A stretch of DNA of 64,000 nucleotides, from positions 1-64,000 of the forward strand of contig JBFMAY010000006.1 in assembly GCA_040755455.1 (NCBI GenBank), written 5' to 3'. Both the position numbers and the translations under genes were made by a program. The notes beneath the pieces are model-generated. The model was given only the letters and a program-made list of their open reading frames with translations. It ran no database searches and had not been told where the DNA came from. Of the stretch, positions 1 to 10,145 are shown in pieces (the stretch's first letter is position 1; each line of letters starts with the position of its first letter). The DNA comes from Thermodesulfobacteriota bacterium. Lineage in GTDB: Bacteria > Desulfobacterota > Desulfobulbia > Desulfobulbales > SURF-16.

Positions 1-138
1 GCCTATCCTGCTCGCCTCAGACCTCCTTGCGCAGGCACCCTCCGTGCCTTGGTGGAATGGAGCCCGGTTAATCCTTCAGGCCAGTGCATGTTAGTTCATT
101 TATACTCCGTGGAAATCCAGGCTAGCGGGGATACGAGG

Positions 139-2247
139 TTATTGGTCAAGAACAAACTCATATTCGAGCTTGCTCTTGGAGAAGTGCTGCAGGATGTTTT
201 TTAATCCCTGCAGGTTTTCCACCTCAAAATTGATTTCCCAGGCAGTTACATCCGGCCGGTTGGACAGCGCGATTACTTCGTCGATTTTCATGGCAAGCGG
301 GGCAACGCTGAGCAGCATAAAAATGCGGTTCCTTGGCACATTCTTAAAAATCAGCAGTGTTTGTCGTTTTTCCACCCTGGTTTTTTTTAACTGCCAGCGG
401 ACAGCAACCACATCTTCCCGCTGCACCTTTAAGGCATTTAGTTTAGGGCATTCCTTTTTGTGGATGGAGAGACCGCGTTCGCTGAGCAGGCCCAGCAGAC
501 CTTTTTCAATAGGCAGGGGATGACAGCATTGGGAAAACTTGACACTGTCCTGGTCCAGGGTGTCGAGTTCGATGCCGTTTAAGGCGCCGGTGGGCGCCAG
601 CAGGGTTTGTCTGCCGGCATAAAGGCCATTTTTTATTTCATAAATCAGTTCCTTGAGGCGAAGTTGGCCCTGTCCCACATCCTGATAGAGTTCGTTAAGA
701 GTGTTTTTGCCAAAATATTCCAGAATATCGATGGCTTCGTCGGATTCTAAGATGGAGAAGGGTACGCCATAGCGCTTCAGTTCCTGCCTGATGAGGGACT
801 GGCCGATTTCAATGGCCAGGGCTTCCCGCTTCAAACGCAGGACTCTGGACAGTTCGGCGCGGGCCCGTGGCGTTTGGCAACGACGGATGATATCCGGATC
901 AACTTTTACCGGTTTTTCCTGGGTGATGATTTTAATCCGGTCGCCATCCTTTAACACATGGTCCGGAGGAACACGCTTGGAACCGACGGTGGCAGACTGG
1001 CAACGAAGGCCCACCTCGGTATGAACCTTAAAGGCGAAATCCAGGACGATGCTCTGGCTCGGCAGGCAGATGCGATCACCTTTTGGTGTGTAGGTGTAAA
1101 TTTCTTTTTTGCCGCTGGCGGCAATCATTTCCCGGTAGGAAATCGCATCATCAGCGCCCAGAATGCCGAACATTTCCCGGATGTCCTGTTCAAAATTGGA
1201 AGGAACTGTTCCTGAGGTGAGCCATTCCCTGATGATGCCCCTTTTGGCATCGCTGACCATTTGCAGCGTCCTGATTTTAAACAGATAATTCTGTCCCTTG
1301 ATGTTGGCCCGGGCATGCAGGCTCTGATAGCCGGTGGGTTTGGGATTGGCGATGAAGTCACGGATTGTGCGGGGAATGGGGGGGAAATGTTGATTGACGA
1401 TGCCAAGCACCCGGTAACATGTCTGCAGATCATCAACGACAATGATGATCTCGAGAGGATTTTCAATTTGTTTGACCAGGACATTCATGGAAAAATCATA
1501 ATAGGCCCAGAGTCCTTTTGCCTTGATCCTGATGTCCGCTGATATCCAGGCCTCGTTGAAAGCCTCTCGTAAGGTTTCCAGGATACTCCTGGCCTCCTCG
1601 CGGCTTTCGAGATGGGATATCAGGGATTTGACCTTCTGGCTTTGGCGGGGAAATTTATGGGCAAGAGCCAAGTCGTATAATTCCCGTTTCAACCCGAAAA
1701 GGCCCATGACGCCGGCCATGGGCGCATAGACGCTTAATGTCTCGTCGGCGATTTTTTGCCGTTTATGTTTTGGCATGGAGCTCATGGTGCGCAGATTATG
1801 CAGCCGGTCGGCAAGTTTGATCAGCATGATCTCCACCCGGGAAGCGGCTCCTGAAAAGATTTTGCGGTGCACCAGTTTATAAAAAGTCTGCCGGTCACCG
1901 GCAAAATGGCTGATTTTGGTGCAGCCATCGACAATTTCGGCCACATGCTTGCCGAAGATAGAGCTGATGACCTCGGCGGTCACCTCAGGCACATCTTCTA
2001 TGGTATCGTGCAGCATGGCAGCGGCCAGGGTAACGGGGTCTTTGACGCCAAGTTCATCAACGAGGATCAGCGCCACCTGGCAGGGGTGGCTGACATAGGC
2101 TTCTCCTGATTTCCTCTTCTGGTTCTGGTGGGCATCAACCGAAAAGGACAAGGCCTTCCAGAAGAGAGAAGCTTTGCCGTCTTGCCCGCCGATATTTTTT
2201 TCCATGCGTTTGCAGTAGGCAGCTATGTCAAATTTGTTTGCGGACAT
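139..2247 (-). CDS. rel: Long RelA/SpoT homolog (HD hydrolase, degenerate synthetase, TGS, ZFD, ACT-like)
   Basis: HD motifs H-x-x-Q-x-RKSGE, LHDTIED, KLADRLHN; NPKPTGYQSLH; TGS YTPKGD..DFAFKVHTEVG; CC..H..C zinc finger. Confidence 0.9.
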   Translation of the reverse strand: MSANKFDIAAYCKRMEKNIGGQDGKASLFWKALSFSVDAHQNQKRKSGEAYVSHPCQVALILVDELGVKDPVTLAAAMLHDTIEDVPEVTAEVISSIFGKHVAEIVDGCTKISHFAGDRQTFYKLVHRKIFSGAASRVEIMLIKLADRLHNLRTMSSMPKHKRQKIADETLSVYAPMAGVMGLFGLKRELYDLALAHKFPRQSQKVKSLISHLESREEARSILETLREAFNEAWISADIRIKAKGLWAYYDFSMNVLVKQIENPLEIIIVVDDLQTCYRVLGIVNQHFPPIPRTIRDFIANPKPTGYQSLHARANIKGQNYLFKIRTLQMVSDAKRGIIREWLTSGTVPSNFEQDIREMFGILGADDAISYREMIAASGKKEIYTYTPKGDRICLPSQSIVLDFAFKVHTEVGLRCQSATVGSKRVPPDHVLKDGDRIKIITQEKPVKVDPDIIRRCQTPRARAELSRVLRLKREALAIEIGQSLIRQELKRYGVPFSILESDEAIDILEYFGKNTLNELYQDVGQGQLRLKELIYEIKNGLYAGRQTLLAPTGALNGIELDTLDQDSVKFSQCCHPLPIEKGLLGLLSERGLSIHKKECPKLNALKVQREDVVAVRWQLKKTRVEKRQTLLIFKNVPRNRIFMLLSVAPLAMKIDEVIALSNRPDVTAWEINFEVENLQGLKNILQHFSKSKLEYEFVLDQ

Positions 2248-2372
2248 ATAAAAAGGTTTCAGCTTTATTGGTTAAAATGGTAAGGTTTCAGGAGTACCTG
2301 TGTAAACATTTCTTATTATTAAAATTATATTTCAAAAAATGAAAGCGGAAAAATGGATATTTCGGGGTGAAC

Positions 2373-4646
2373 ATGGCGCCAAGACGAGTAAGCAAAACAA
2401 GAGAAAGCAAAAGACAGAGCCGTCGGATACAAAAGGCCAGGCATTCCAGGCAGTTTGCCCGCAGTCATGATGAAGCAGGACGTCGAACCCCAATCCTTGA
2501 AGCTGGCGGCGGAGGACGGCTGGTGGATGAAATCATCGCCTTGCTCTATGGGATGGGTGGTGAAGGAGAGCTGAAAGATATTGTCAATGCCTTGGTGATG
2601 ACCAGGGGTCAAAGAAAAGATATTGAGAGCATGCTGGATGATCTCTGTCATCATAAAATCATTGATAAGGTCGCCAAGAAGAAATTCAGGTTGAATCTGC
2701 AGAATTTCATCGAAGCAACCCTGGTGGTCAATCCCAGGGGATTTGGCTTTGCCAGGCCGTCCGCTGAGCATGAGCTGGTGCCTGCCGGTAAGGATCTGTT
2801 TATCCCGGCCCGCGATTTGGGGACAGCTCTGCACGGTGATTATGTGCTGCTGCAGATCACCGGCAGCAAGCGCGGACGGTTTGAGGCGCGGGTGGTGAAG
2901 GTTCTGAAGCGGACCGTCAAGCAGATTGTGGGTATTTATACGGCAGGCCGGGCGGGAGGATTCGTGACCCCCGATGATGACCGGTATCCGTTTACCATCA
3001 GCATAGGGCCTGAGCAGTCCGGCGGAGCGGCGGCTGGCGAGGCGGTGCTGGTCGAAATCATTGATTTCGGGCTGGAAGATGCCCAGGCCAAAGGAACCAT
3101 CAAGCAGGTGCTGGGCAATCCCGATTCCACCCAGGTGCAGATGCAGATGGTTATAGGGAAATTCGAGCTGCCGCATATCTTCAACAAGCAGAGCCTGGCA
3201 GAAGCTGACCGGTTCAGCGACAAGGTGGAGTTCACCCCTGACCGGACGGATCTGCGGGATATTTTGCATGTGACCATTGATGGTGAAACGGCCCGGGATT
3301 TTGATGATGCCGTATCGGTCATAAAGACGAAAAAAGGTTATCGTCTTTATGTGTCCATCGCTGATGTCAGCCATTATGTCAGGCCGGGGACAGACTTGGA
3401 CCAGGATGCCTGGGCGCGGGGGACCAGCGTGTACTTCCCTACCGGGGTGGTGCCCATGCTGCCGGAGAGACTGTCCAATAATCTCTGCAGTCTTAACCCG
3501 GAAGTTGACCGTTACGCCTTTACCGCTATTCTTGATTTTGATCGCAGCGGCAATCGGCAGAAAATACGCTTTGTCAAAAGCGTCATCAGAAGCCAATACC
3601 GTCTGACCTATACCCTGGTGCGGCAGATCCTGGTGGATAAAGATGTGGAAATCCGCAGCAGTTACAAGCCATTGCTGACGCCTCTCAAATGGATGGCCGA
3701 ACTCGGTGGGGAGCTTGAAAAAGGGAGAATCGCCCGGGGCAGCATGGGATTTGAGATTCCCGAGCCTTATGTGGAATTTGGTCCGGATGATACCATTGGC
3801 GCCATTAAATTACGCGAGCGCAATCAGGCCCATAAAATTATCGAAGAGTTCATGCTGGCCGCCAATGAGGCGGTGGCAGAAACATTCGCCGATAGACAAT
3901 GTGCCGCCCTGTACAGAGTCCACCAGAGCCCGGATCCGCTCAAAGTGGCTGAGTTTGCCGAGTTCATGCAGTCAATGGGCTACGAGGTGCCCCGTGACCG
4001 GGAAAACCTGTCATCCAAATGGTTTAACCGATTGATCAACCAGACAAAAGGCACAGAGCGAGAATATCTGATCAGCAATCTGATCCTGCGGGTCATGCAG
4101 CAGGCCCGTTATTCTCCGGAAAATATTGGGCATTTCGGCCTGGCCGCTCAATTTTACACCCATTTTACCTCGCCGATCAGGCGCTATCCCGATTTGATGG
4201 TGCATCGCGCCTTAAAACGTCTGCTCTGGCCGGATGAAAAAAAGGCGGCTCAGCCCATCAGTCTGCATGAGGCCGGCGAGTTTCTCTCCAAAAGGGAAAG
4301 GGTGGCGGTGGATGCCGAAAGGGAGATGCTTGATCGGCTCAAGGTTCGCTACATGGAGGATAAGATCGGCGAAACCTTTGCCGGGATTATTTCAGGCATC
4401 ACCGCCTTTGGTCTCTTTGTCGAACTGACGAAAACAATGATCAGCGGGGCGGTGGCCATGGCCGACCTGCCCCAGGGCGGCTATGAGTTTCATGAAAAAC
4501 GCCATACGCTGATCAGCAGGCTGACCGGCAAAAGTTATCAGGTGGGTAATCTGGTTACAGTGCGTCTGATCAGTGTGGATAACCGGGCCAGGAGGATCAA
4601 TTTCACCTTGGCCGAGGATGAGCAGCAAACCGGGTTCGGTCAGTAA
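2373..4646 (+). CDS. rnr: Ribonuclease R
   Basis: RNB motifs TIDGETARDFDDA, IEEFML, HFTSPIRRYPDL; N-terminal cold-shock domains and C-terminal S1; start ATG 2373 (or GTG 2367). Confidence 0.93.
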   Translation: MAPRRVSKTRESKRQSRRIQKARHSRQFARSHDEAGRRTPILEAGGGGRLVDEIIALLYGMGGEGELKDIVNALVMTRGQRKDIESMLDDLCHHKIIDKVAKKKFRLNLQNFIEATLVVNPRGFGFARPSAEHELVPAGKDLFIPARDLGTALHGDYVLLQITGSKRGRFEARVVKVLKRTVKQIVGIYTAGRAGGFVTPDDDRYPFTISIGPEQSGGAAAGEAVLVEIIDFGLEDAQAKGTIKQVLGNPDSTQVQMQMVIGKFELPHIFNKQSLAEADRFSDKVEFTPDRTDLRDILHVTIDGETARDFDDAVSVIKTKKGYRLYVSIADVSHYVRPGTDLDQDAWARGTSVYFPTGVVPMLPERLSNNLCSLNPEVDRYAFTAILDFDRSGNRQKIRFVKSVIRSQYRLTYTLVRQILVDKDVEIRSSYKPLLTPLKWMAELGGELEKGRIARGSMGFEIPEPYVEFGPDDTIGAIKLRERNQAHKIIEEFMLAANEAVAETFADRQCAALYRVHQSPDPLKVAEFAEFMQSMGYEVPRDRENLSSKWFNRLINQTKGTEREYLISNLILRVMQQARYSPENIGHFGLAAQFYTHFTSPIRRYPDLMVHRALKRLLWPDEKKAAQPISLHEAGEFLSKRERVAVDAEREMLDRLKVRYMEDKIGETFAGIISGITAFGLFVELTKTMISGAVAMADLPQGGYEFHEKRHTLISRLTGKSYQVGNLVTVRLISVDNRARRINFTLAEDEQQTGFGQ

Positions 4647-4667
4647 CTGCAGGCAGGCAGTATCATC

Positions 4668-5450
4668 ATGCAAGTCGATTCTGATGGCCAAAAAGCCTCA
4701 ACCGAGTCCATCCGGCAGCTGATGGGCAATGTGGCGATTGTCCTGGTCCGCCCCAGATATCCGGAAAATATCGGCGCCGCCGCCCGCATTGCCGCCAATA
4801 TGGGCATCAAGCAGCTGAATATCGTCTGCCATGAGCCCCCTGATCAGGAAAGGATGAGGAAGACGGCCACCCATCATAACAGCCATCTTATCGATAATAT
4901 ACAGATATTTTCTGATATTGGTCAGGCCCTTGCCACGTGCAGCTGGGTTGTGGGCACCAGCGCCCGCCAGGGGCGGCAGAGACGACTGCTGACCAGTCCC
5001 CGGCGCATGGTGGCGGATCTGCTGCCCAAACTTGCCGAGAACCGGGTGGCGCTGCTTTTTGGTCCGGAAGACTGCGGGCTCACCAATGACGATCTGAAAT
5101 TCTGCAATGTGGTGGCAAGTATTCCCACGGCGGATTTCGCTTCAATAAATCTGGCCCAGTCCGTGGCGATCCTTTCCTATGAGCTTTACACGGGGGTTCT
5201 GCAATTGCAAAGCGATAGTGCCGCAAAGACCTGCGCAAAACTGGCGCAGTCCGGCGAGCTCGAAAATATGTACTCCCAGATCGAACTGACCCTGCGTCAA
5301 ATGAATTATTTAAAGGAAATGGATTACGGCTACTGGATGCATAATATCCGTAATTTTCTCGGGCGCGTTGGTTTGCGCTCCCGGGAGGTGAAATTTGTCA
5401 GGGGCTTTTGCCGACAGGTCATCGATCTCACGGAAGATAAAGATGGATGA
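4668..5450 (+). CDS. trmJ: SPOUT RNA methyltransferase, TrmJ/LasT family
   Basis: PENIGAAAR, FGPEDCGLTN, SINLAQSV motifs. Confidence 0.85.
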   Translation: MQVDSDGQKASTESIRQLMGNVAIVLVRPRYPENIGAAARIAANMGIKQLNIVCHEPPDQERMRKTATHHNSHLIDNIQIFSDIGQALATCSWVVGTSARQGRQRRLLTSPRRMVADLLPKLAENRVALLFGPEDCGLTNDDLKFCNVVASIPTADFASINLAQSVAILSYELYTGVLQLQSDSAAKTCAKLAQSGELENMYSQIELTLRQMNYLKEMDYGYWMHNIRNFLGRVGLRSREVKFVRGFCRQVIDLTEDKDG

Positions 5451-6042
5451 AACGGAAAATCCGGGTGAGGAGCGCAGTACCCTGCGCCGCATGAAACTCG
5501 CTGAACGAGACAGGCTGGCCGCGTCTCTGCGGACGGAAAAAAGCAGGCTTATCCGCGAAAACGTCCTGCAGATTGACCGGATCAAGCAGGCAAAGCATGT
5601 CATGATCTATGTGAATTTCAGAAGCGAGGTGGAGACCTTTGCGCTCTTTGCCGCCCTGCACCGGCAAAATATTCTGACAAGCGCCCCGCTGACGGTTGTG
5701 AAAGAGCATCGCCTCCACGCCTTTCTTATCAACGATCCGGACCGGGATTTACGGCCGGGCTACTGCCGGATTCCGGAACCGGATCCCGGGCGGGCTGCCC
5801 CGGTTGATCCGGCGGCAATTGATGTGGTGCTGGTGCCGGGATCGGTTTTCGACATCCATGGCGGACGGCTGGGATATGGCGGCGGCTATTATGACCGTTT
5901 TCTGGCCCATGACGCGCCCCAGGCTCTGCGTGTGGGGCTGGCCTTTGCCATGCAAGTTGTTGACAGGGTGCCTGTTCTGGATCATGATATACGACTGCAC
6001 TACCTGGTGACCGAAAAGGAGATCAGAAAGATAACAGGATAA
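5443..6042 (+). CDS. 5-formyltetrahydrofolate cyclo-ligase
   Basis: VLVPG..FD..GGRLGYGGGYYDRFL signature; ATG 5443 overlaps end of upstream gene. Confidence 0.9.
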   Translation: MDETENPGEERSTLRRMKLAERDRLAASLRTEKSRLIRENVLQIDRIKQAKHVMIYVNFRSEVETFALFAALHRQNILTSAPLTVVKEHRLHAFLINDPDRDLRPGYCRIPEPDPGRAAPVDPAAIDVVLVPGSVFDIHGGRLGYGGGYYDRFLAHDAPQALRVGLAFAMQVVDRVPVLDHDIRLHYLVTEKEIRKITG

Positions 6043-6045
6043 GCC

Positions 6046-7089
6046 ATGCGAAAAACCGCGGTAATGACCGACAATCTGTTTCTGGAGCATGACCCTGGCC
6101 ACGGGCATGTAGAGTCGCCGGAGCGCCTGCGGGTGATTTATGAGCAGCTTGCCAAGCCGGAAATAAAGGAAAGTTTTCTTTTCCCACCTTTTGCCCCGGC
6201 CAGCCCTGAGATGTTGCGGCTCATTCATACCGATGCCCATATTGCCAGGGTGGCGGCAACGAGCGGCAAGCGCTTTGATCTGCTTGATGCTGATACCACC
6301 ACCTCTCCCCGCTCTTACGATGCAGCATGTCTGGCCGCCGGGGCGGTGGTGGAAGGAACCAGGCTGCTTGCCTCCGGTGAGGCGGATAACTGTTTTGCCC
6401 TGGTGCGGCCGCCGGGCCACCATGCCGAGAGCACCCACGGCAAGGGCTTCTGTCTTTTTAATAATATTGCCATTGCCGCTCAGTATGCCATTCATGAGGT
6501 AAAATTTAAAAAAGTGCTGATCATAGACTGGGATCTGCATCACGGCAACGGCACCCAGCACAGCTTTTATGATACGGATCAGGTTCTCTATTTTTCCACC
6601 CATCAATACCCTTTTTATCCGGGGACCGGGGCGGCAACAGAGCAGGGAGAAGGACCAGGCCTGGGATTCACCATCAATGTCCCGCTCCCCGGCGGACAGG
6701 GTGATGAGGCCTTTGCCAGGATTTTCAATGACCTGCTCGTGCCCGTTGCCCGGCAGTACCGGCCGGAAATGATCATGGTTTCCGCCGGCTTTGATATTTA
6801 TAAGGGTGATCCGCTGGGAACCATGCAGGTCACTGCCGACGGCTTTGCCTACCTGACCAGACTGTTGCTTGCCCTGGCTGATGAACTCTGCCGGGGCCGG
6901 CTGCTTTTGACTTTGGAAGGGGGTTACAATGTGACAGGGCAGCGTGACGGGGTGATGGCCGTCCTTGCCGAGCTGGTCGGCCAGAATTTTTTGCAGGAAG
7001 AGACTTTTGCCAGGTTGAGTCAGACCTCTGTGCCTGTGCCGGGCCTTGAAAATGCACAAAAAATTGCAAAAAAAAATTGGAAACTGTAG
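6046..7089 (+). CDS. Histone deacetylase family (Zn-dependent deacylase)
   Basis: HVESPERL, RPPGHHA, GFC.FNN, DWDLHHGNGTQ, SAGFD, LEGGY. Confidence 0.92.
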   Translation: MRKTAVMTDNLFLEHDPGHGHVESPERLRVIYEQLAKPEIKESFLFPPFAPASPEMLRLIHTDAHIARVAATSGKRFDLLDADTTTSPRSYDAACLAAGAVVEGTRLLASGEADNCFALVRPPGHHAESTHGKGFCLFNNIAIAAQYAIHEVKFKKVLIIDWDLHHGNGTQHSFYDTDQVLYFSTHQYPFYPGTGAATEQGEGPGLGFTINVPLPGGQGDEAFARIFNDLLVPVARQYRPEMIMVSAGFDIYKGDPLGTMQVTADGFAYLTRLLLALADELCRGRLLLTLEGGYNVTGQRDGVMAVLAELVGQNFLQEETFARLSQTSVPVPGLENAQKIAKKNWKL

Positions 7090-7131
7090 AGTGGCCGAGT
7101 TAAGCTAACTTAGCCGCTGCTATTAAAAAAA

Positions 7132-8232
7132 TTGCCTGAAGGTTTTTGCGTGTCATCTATCCGTCCGTATAATTCATCCTTGCCGCAAACCAAGATTCTT
7201 CTTGCTGATGATGATTCACTCGTCCGTGATGCAGTGGTGAAAATTCTTGAGCTTTTCGGCCATCAGGTTGTTGCTGTTGATGATGGCCGGGAGGCCCTGA
7301 ACCTGGTCAGCGATGATATTGATACCATTATTTTAGATATCAACATGCCGGGCATGAACGGTTTTGAAACCATCAAGGCCTTGAATGAGAAGAACTCCGA
7401 TATCCCGGTTCTTTTCCTGACTGGTGCCGGTTCAATGGAATTCGCGGTCAAGGCGATCAATCTCGGGGCCTATGACTTTATTTCCAAGCCGATAGAGGAC
7501 CTTGATCTTTTTGATGTCAAGATCCGGCGGGCCATTGAGAAGAAGATGTTTCTCCGCCGGGAAAAGACCTACAAGGAGAATCTGGAAAAAGAGGTCAGGA
7601 AAAAGACCAAGGAGCTGGCGGAGAAGAATCTGCTGCTTGAAAAATACAGCCACCACCTGGAAGTCTCATCCGTTAATACCATCATTACCCTCAATACCGC
7701 CCTGGAGGAGAAGGATCAGTATACGGCCGGCCATACCAAAAGGGTGACCGAGTACTCCAGGACTATCGGGATGGGCATGGGTCTGCCCCGGGAGGATATC
7801 GATGTGTTGACCAGGGCCTGCCAACTGCATGATATCGGCAAACTGGTTATTGACGTGAGCTGTATCCAGAAACCGGGGCCATTAAGCGATGAGGAATGGA
7901 TCCTGGTAAAAAAACATCCGGAAATCGGCGAAAATATCATCAAACCCCTCAACTTTCTCGAACGGGAGGGGGAGATCGTGCGCCACCATCATGAACGGCT
8001 GGATGGCCGCGGCTATCCGGACGGCCTCGTCGGGGATGAAATCAATCTGCTGACAAAAATCGTAACCGTGGCCGACAGTTTTGACGCCATGACCTCAAAG
8101 CGCAGCTACAAGATCAACATGACCAGGGCCGAGGCCATTGCCGAGCTGCGGGCGCATTGCAATACCCAGTTCGACCCCCTGGTGGTGGAAAGTTTTGCCG
8201 ACATTCTCTCCAGAACCGCCCTCCGGGGCTGA
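7132..8232 (+). CDS. Response regulator with HD-GYP phosphodiesterase domain
   Basis: REC (ADDD, LDINMP, KP) plus HDIGK and HHERLDGRGYP; exact start uncertain. Confidence 0.9.
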   Translation: MPEGFCVSSIRPYNSSLPQTKILLADDDSLVRDAVVKILELFGHQVVAVDDGREALNLVSDDIDTIILDINMPGMNGFETIKALNEKNSDIPVLFLTGAGSMEFAVKAINLGAYDFISKPIEDLDLFDVKIRRAIEKKMFLRREKTYKENLEKEVRKKTKELAEKNLLLEKYSHHLEVSSVNTIITLNTALEEKDQYTAGHTKRVTEYSRTIGMGMGLPREDIDVLTRACQLHDIGKLVIDVSCIQKPGPLSDEEWILVKKHPEIGENIIKPLNFLEREGEIVRHHHERLDGRGYPDGLVGDEINLLTKIVTVADSFDAMTSKRSYKINMTRAEAIAELRAHCNTQFDPLVVESFADILSRTALRG

Positions 8233-8274
8233 AAAAGCTGGTTAATCAATAAATCATAATTTCAGTTAGCCACG

Positions 8275-8559
8275 ATGAATATTTCAAAAGAAGAAGTTGC
8301 AAAGGTTGCCCAACTGGCCCGCCTGGATCTGTCAGAGCAGGAAGTGCTTGAAATCACCGGGCAGCTCGACCGGATACTCGGCTATGTCGCCAAACTCAAT
8401 GAAATTGATACCAAGGATGTGGCGCCGACCACCCATGCCCTGGCCATCCATAATGCCTTCCGGGAGGATGTGGTGCGGCCCTCTCTGCCCCAGCAGGAAG
8501 CCCTGGCCAACGGACCCAGGCAGAATGGCGAGGCGTTTGTCGTACCCCGGGTAATTTGA
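8275..8559 (+). CDS. gatC: Asp/Glu-tRNA amidotransferase subunit C
   Basis: VAQLARL..FREDVV..FVVPRVI; directly upstream of gatA. Confidence 0.93.
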   Translation: MNISKEEVAKVAQLARLDLSEQEVLEITGQLDRILGYVAKLNEIDTKDVAPTTHALAIHNAFREDVVRPSLPQQEALANGPRQNGEAFVVPRVI

Positions 8560-8678
8560 GGCGGGATTGATGGTCTTCTCTTGAAACAGATTGCAAATCC
8601 GGCGGCGCGTCTTTTTACGTACCTCCGGAGAGGATATTTTCATCGGCTGTCGCCGGTTGATGTCGGATTGAGGAATAT

Positions 8679-10136
8679 ATGGATTACCACGGTTTAACGA
8701 TTCATGCATTAAACGATCTTTTTACGGCAAGAAAGGTAACCCCCCTGGAGGTGACCGAAGCTGTTTGCGCCCGGATTGACGAGGTGGAGGAGAAAATCGG
8801 CGCCTATATCACCATCAACAAGGAGCAGGCGCTGCGCCGGGCTGAAGAAGCCGGGAAACAGCTCGCCCGCGGGGAGGGCGGCCCGCTGTGCGGCATTCCC
8901 CTGGCTATCAAGGATGTGATCTGTACCAAAGGGATGCGCACCACCGCCGGGTCAAAGATTCTGGAGACTTTTGTCCCTCCCTATAATGCCACGGTTATCG
9001 ACAAACTGCAGGAGGCAGGGGCCGTCATCATCGGCAAGGTCAGCATGGATGAGTTTGCCATGGGGTCAGCCACCGAGAACTGTGCCTACGGCGTGCCGAG
9101 AAATCCATGGAATCCTGCTTATATCTGTGGCGGGTCGAGCGGTGGGTCCGCCGCTGCCGTGTCCGCTGATGAGTGTTTTGCCTCCCTGGGTTCGGATACG
9201 GGCGGCTCCATCCGGCAACCGGCCTCCCATTGCGGTATTGTCGGCTTAAAGCCCACCTATGGCCGCGTTTCCCGTTTCGGCCTGCTGGCCTTTGCCTCTT
9301 CTCTTGATCAGATCGGCCCCATCACCAAGGATGTGCGGGACTGTGCCCTGATGCTCAACGTGATCAGCGGCTATGATCCCAGGGACTCCACCTCCGTGCA
9401 GCAGGCGGTGCCGGATTATCTTGGGTCACTGACGGATGGACTGCAGGGAATGACTCTCGGCATTCCCCGCGAGTATTTCGGCGAGGGACTTGATCCGGAG
9501 GTGGAAGCGGCGGTGAAAAACGGGGTGGCCAGACTGCAGGACGCCGGGGCAACTGTGCGGGAGGTTTCCCTGCCCCATACCGAATACGGCGTTGCCGCCT
9601 ATTATATCATTGCCCCTGCTGAGGCAAGTTCCAATCTGGCCCGCTATGACGGCGTCAAGTACGGCATGCGGGACATGGCGGCCACAGAACTGATGGACAT
9701 GTATAAACGGACCCGTTCCCAGGGTTTCGGCCCTGAGGTCAAGCGGCGGATCATCATGGGCACCTATGCCCTTTCCTCCGGCTATTATGATGCCTACTAT
9801 AAAAAGGCCTCCCAGGTGCGAACCCTGATTGTCCGGGATTATCAGCAGGCCTTTGCCGAATGCGATGTGCTTGTTTCGCCCGTTACCCCGGCCCCGGCCT
9901 GGAGGATCGGCGAAAAAAGCCATGATCCGCTCAGCATGTACCTCTCTGATGTCCTGACCATTCCCGCCAACCTGGCCGGCATACCGGGACTGTCGGTGCC
10001 CTGCGGTATCAGCCGGGCGGGGCTGCCCATCGGGCTGCAGATCCAGGCCGCCCATTTTCAGGAGGAAAAGCTGCTCCGCGTCGGCTTCAACCTTGAGCAG
10101 CGGCTGGACCTGGTGGGGCGCAAACCTGATCTCTAA
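8679..10136 (+). CDS. gatA: Asp/Glu-tRNA amidotransferase subunit A
   Basis: Amidase signature GGSSGGS, SDTGGSIRQP, EASSNLARYDG, GFGPEVKRRI. Confidence 0.96.
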   Translation: MDYHGLTIHALNDLFTARKVTPLEVTEAVCARIDEVEEKIGAYITINKEQALRRAEEAGKQLARGEGGPLCGIPLAIKDVICTKGMRTTAGSKILETFVPPYNATVIDKLQEAGAVIIGKVSMDEFAMGSATENCAYGVPRNPWNPAYICGGSSGGSAAAVSADECFASLGSDTGGSIRQPASHCGIVGLKPTYGRVSRFGLLAFASSLDQIGPITKDVRDCALMLNVISGYDPRDSTSVQQAVPDYLGSLTDGLQGMTLGIPREYFGEGLDPEVEAAVKNGVARLQDAGATVREVSLPHTEYGVAAYYIIAPAEASSNLARYDGVKYGMRDMAATELMDMYKRTRSQGFGPEVKRRIIMGTYALSSGYYDAYYKKASQVRTLIVRDYQQAFAECDVLVSPVTPAPAWRIGEKSHDPLSMYLSDVLTIPANLAGIPGLSVPCGISRAGLPIGLQIQAAHFQEEKLLRVGFNLEQRLDLVGRKPDL

Positions 10137-10145
10137 GAGGTTGCT

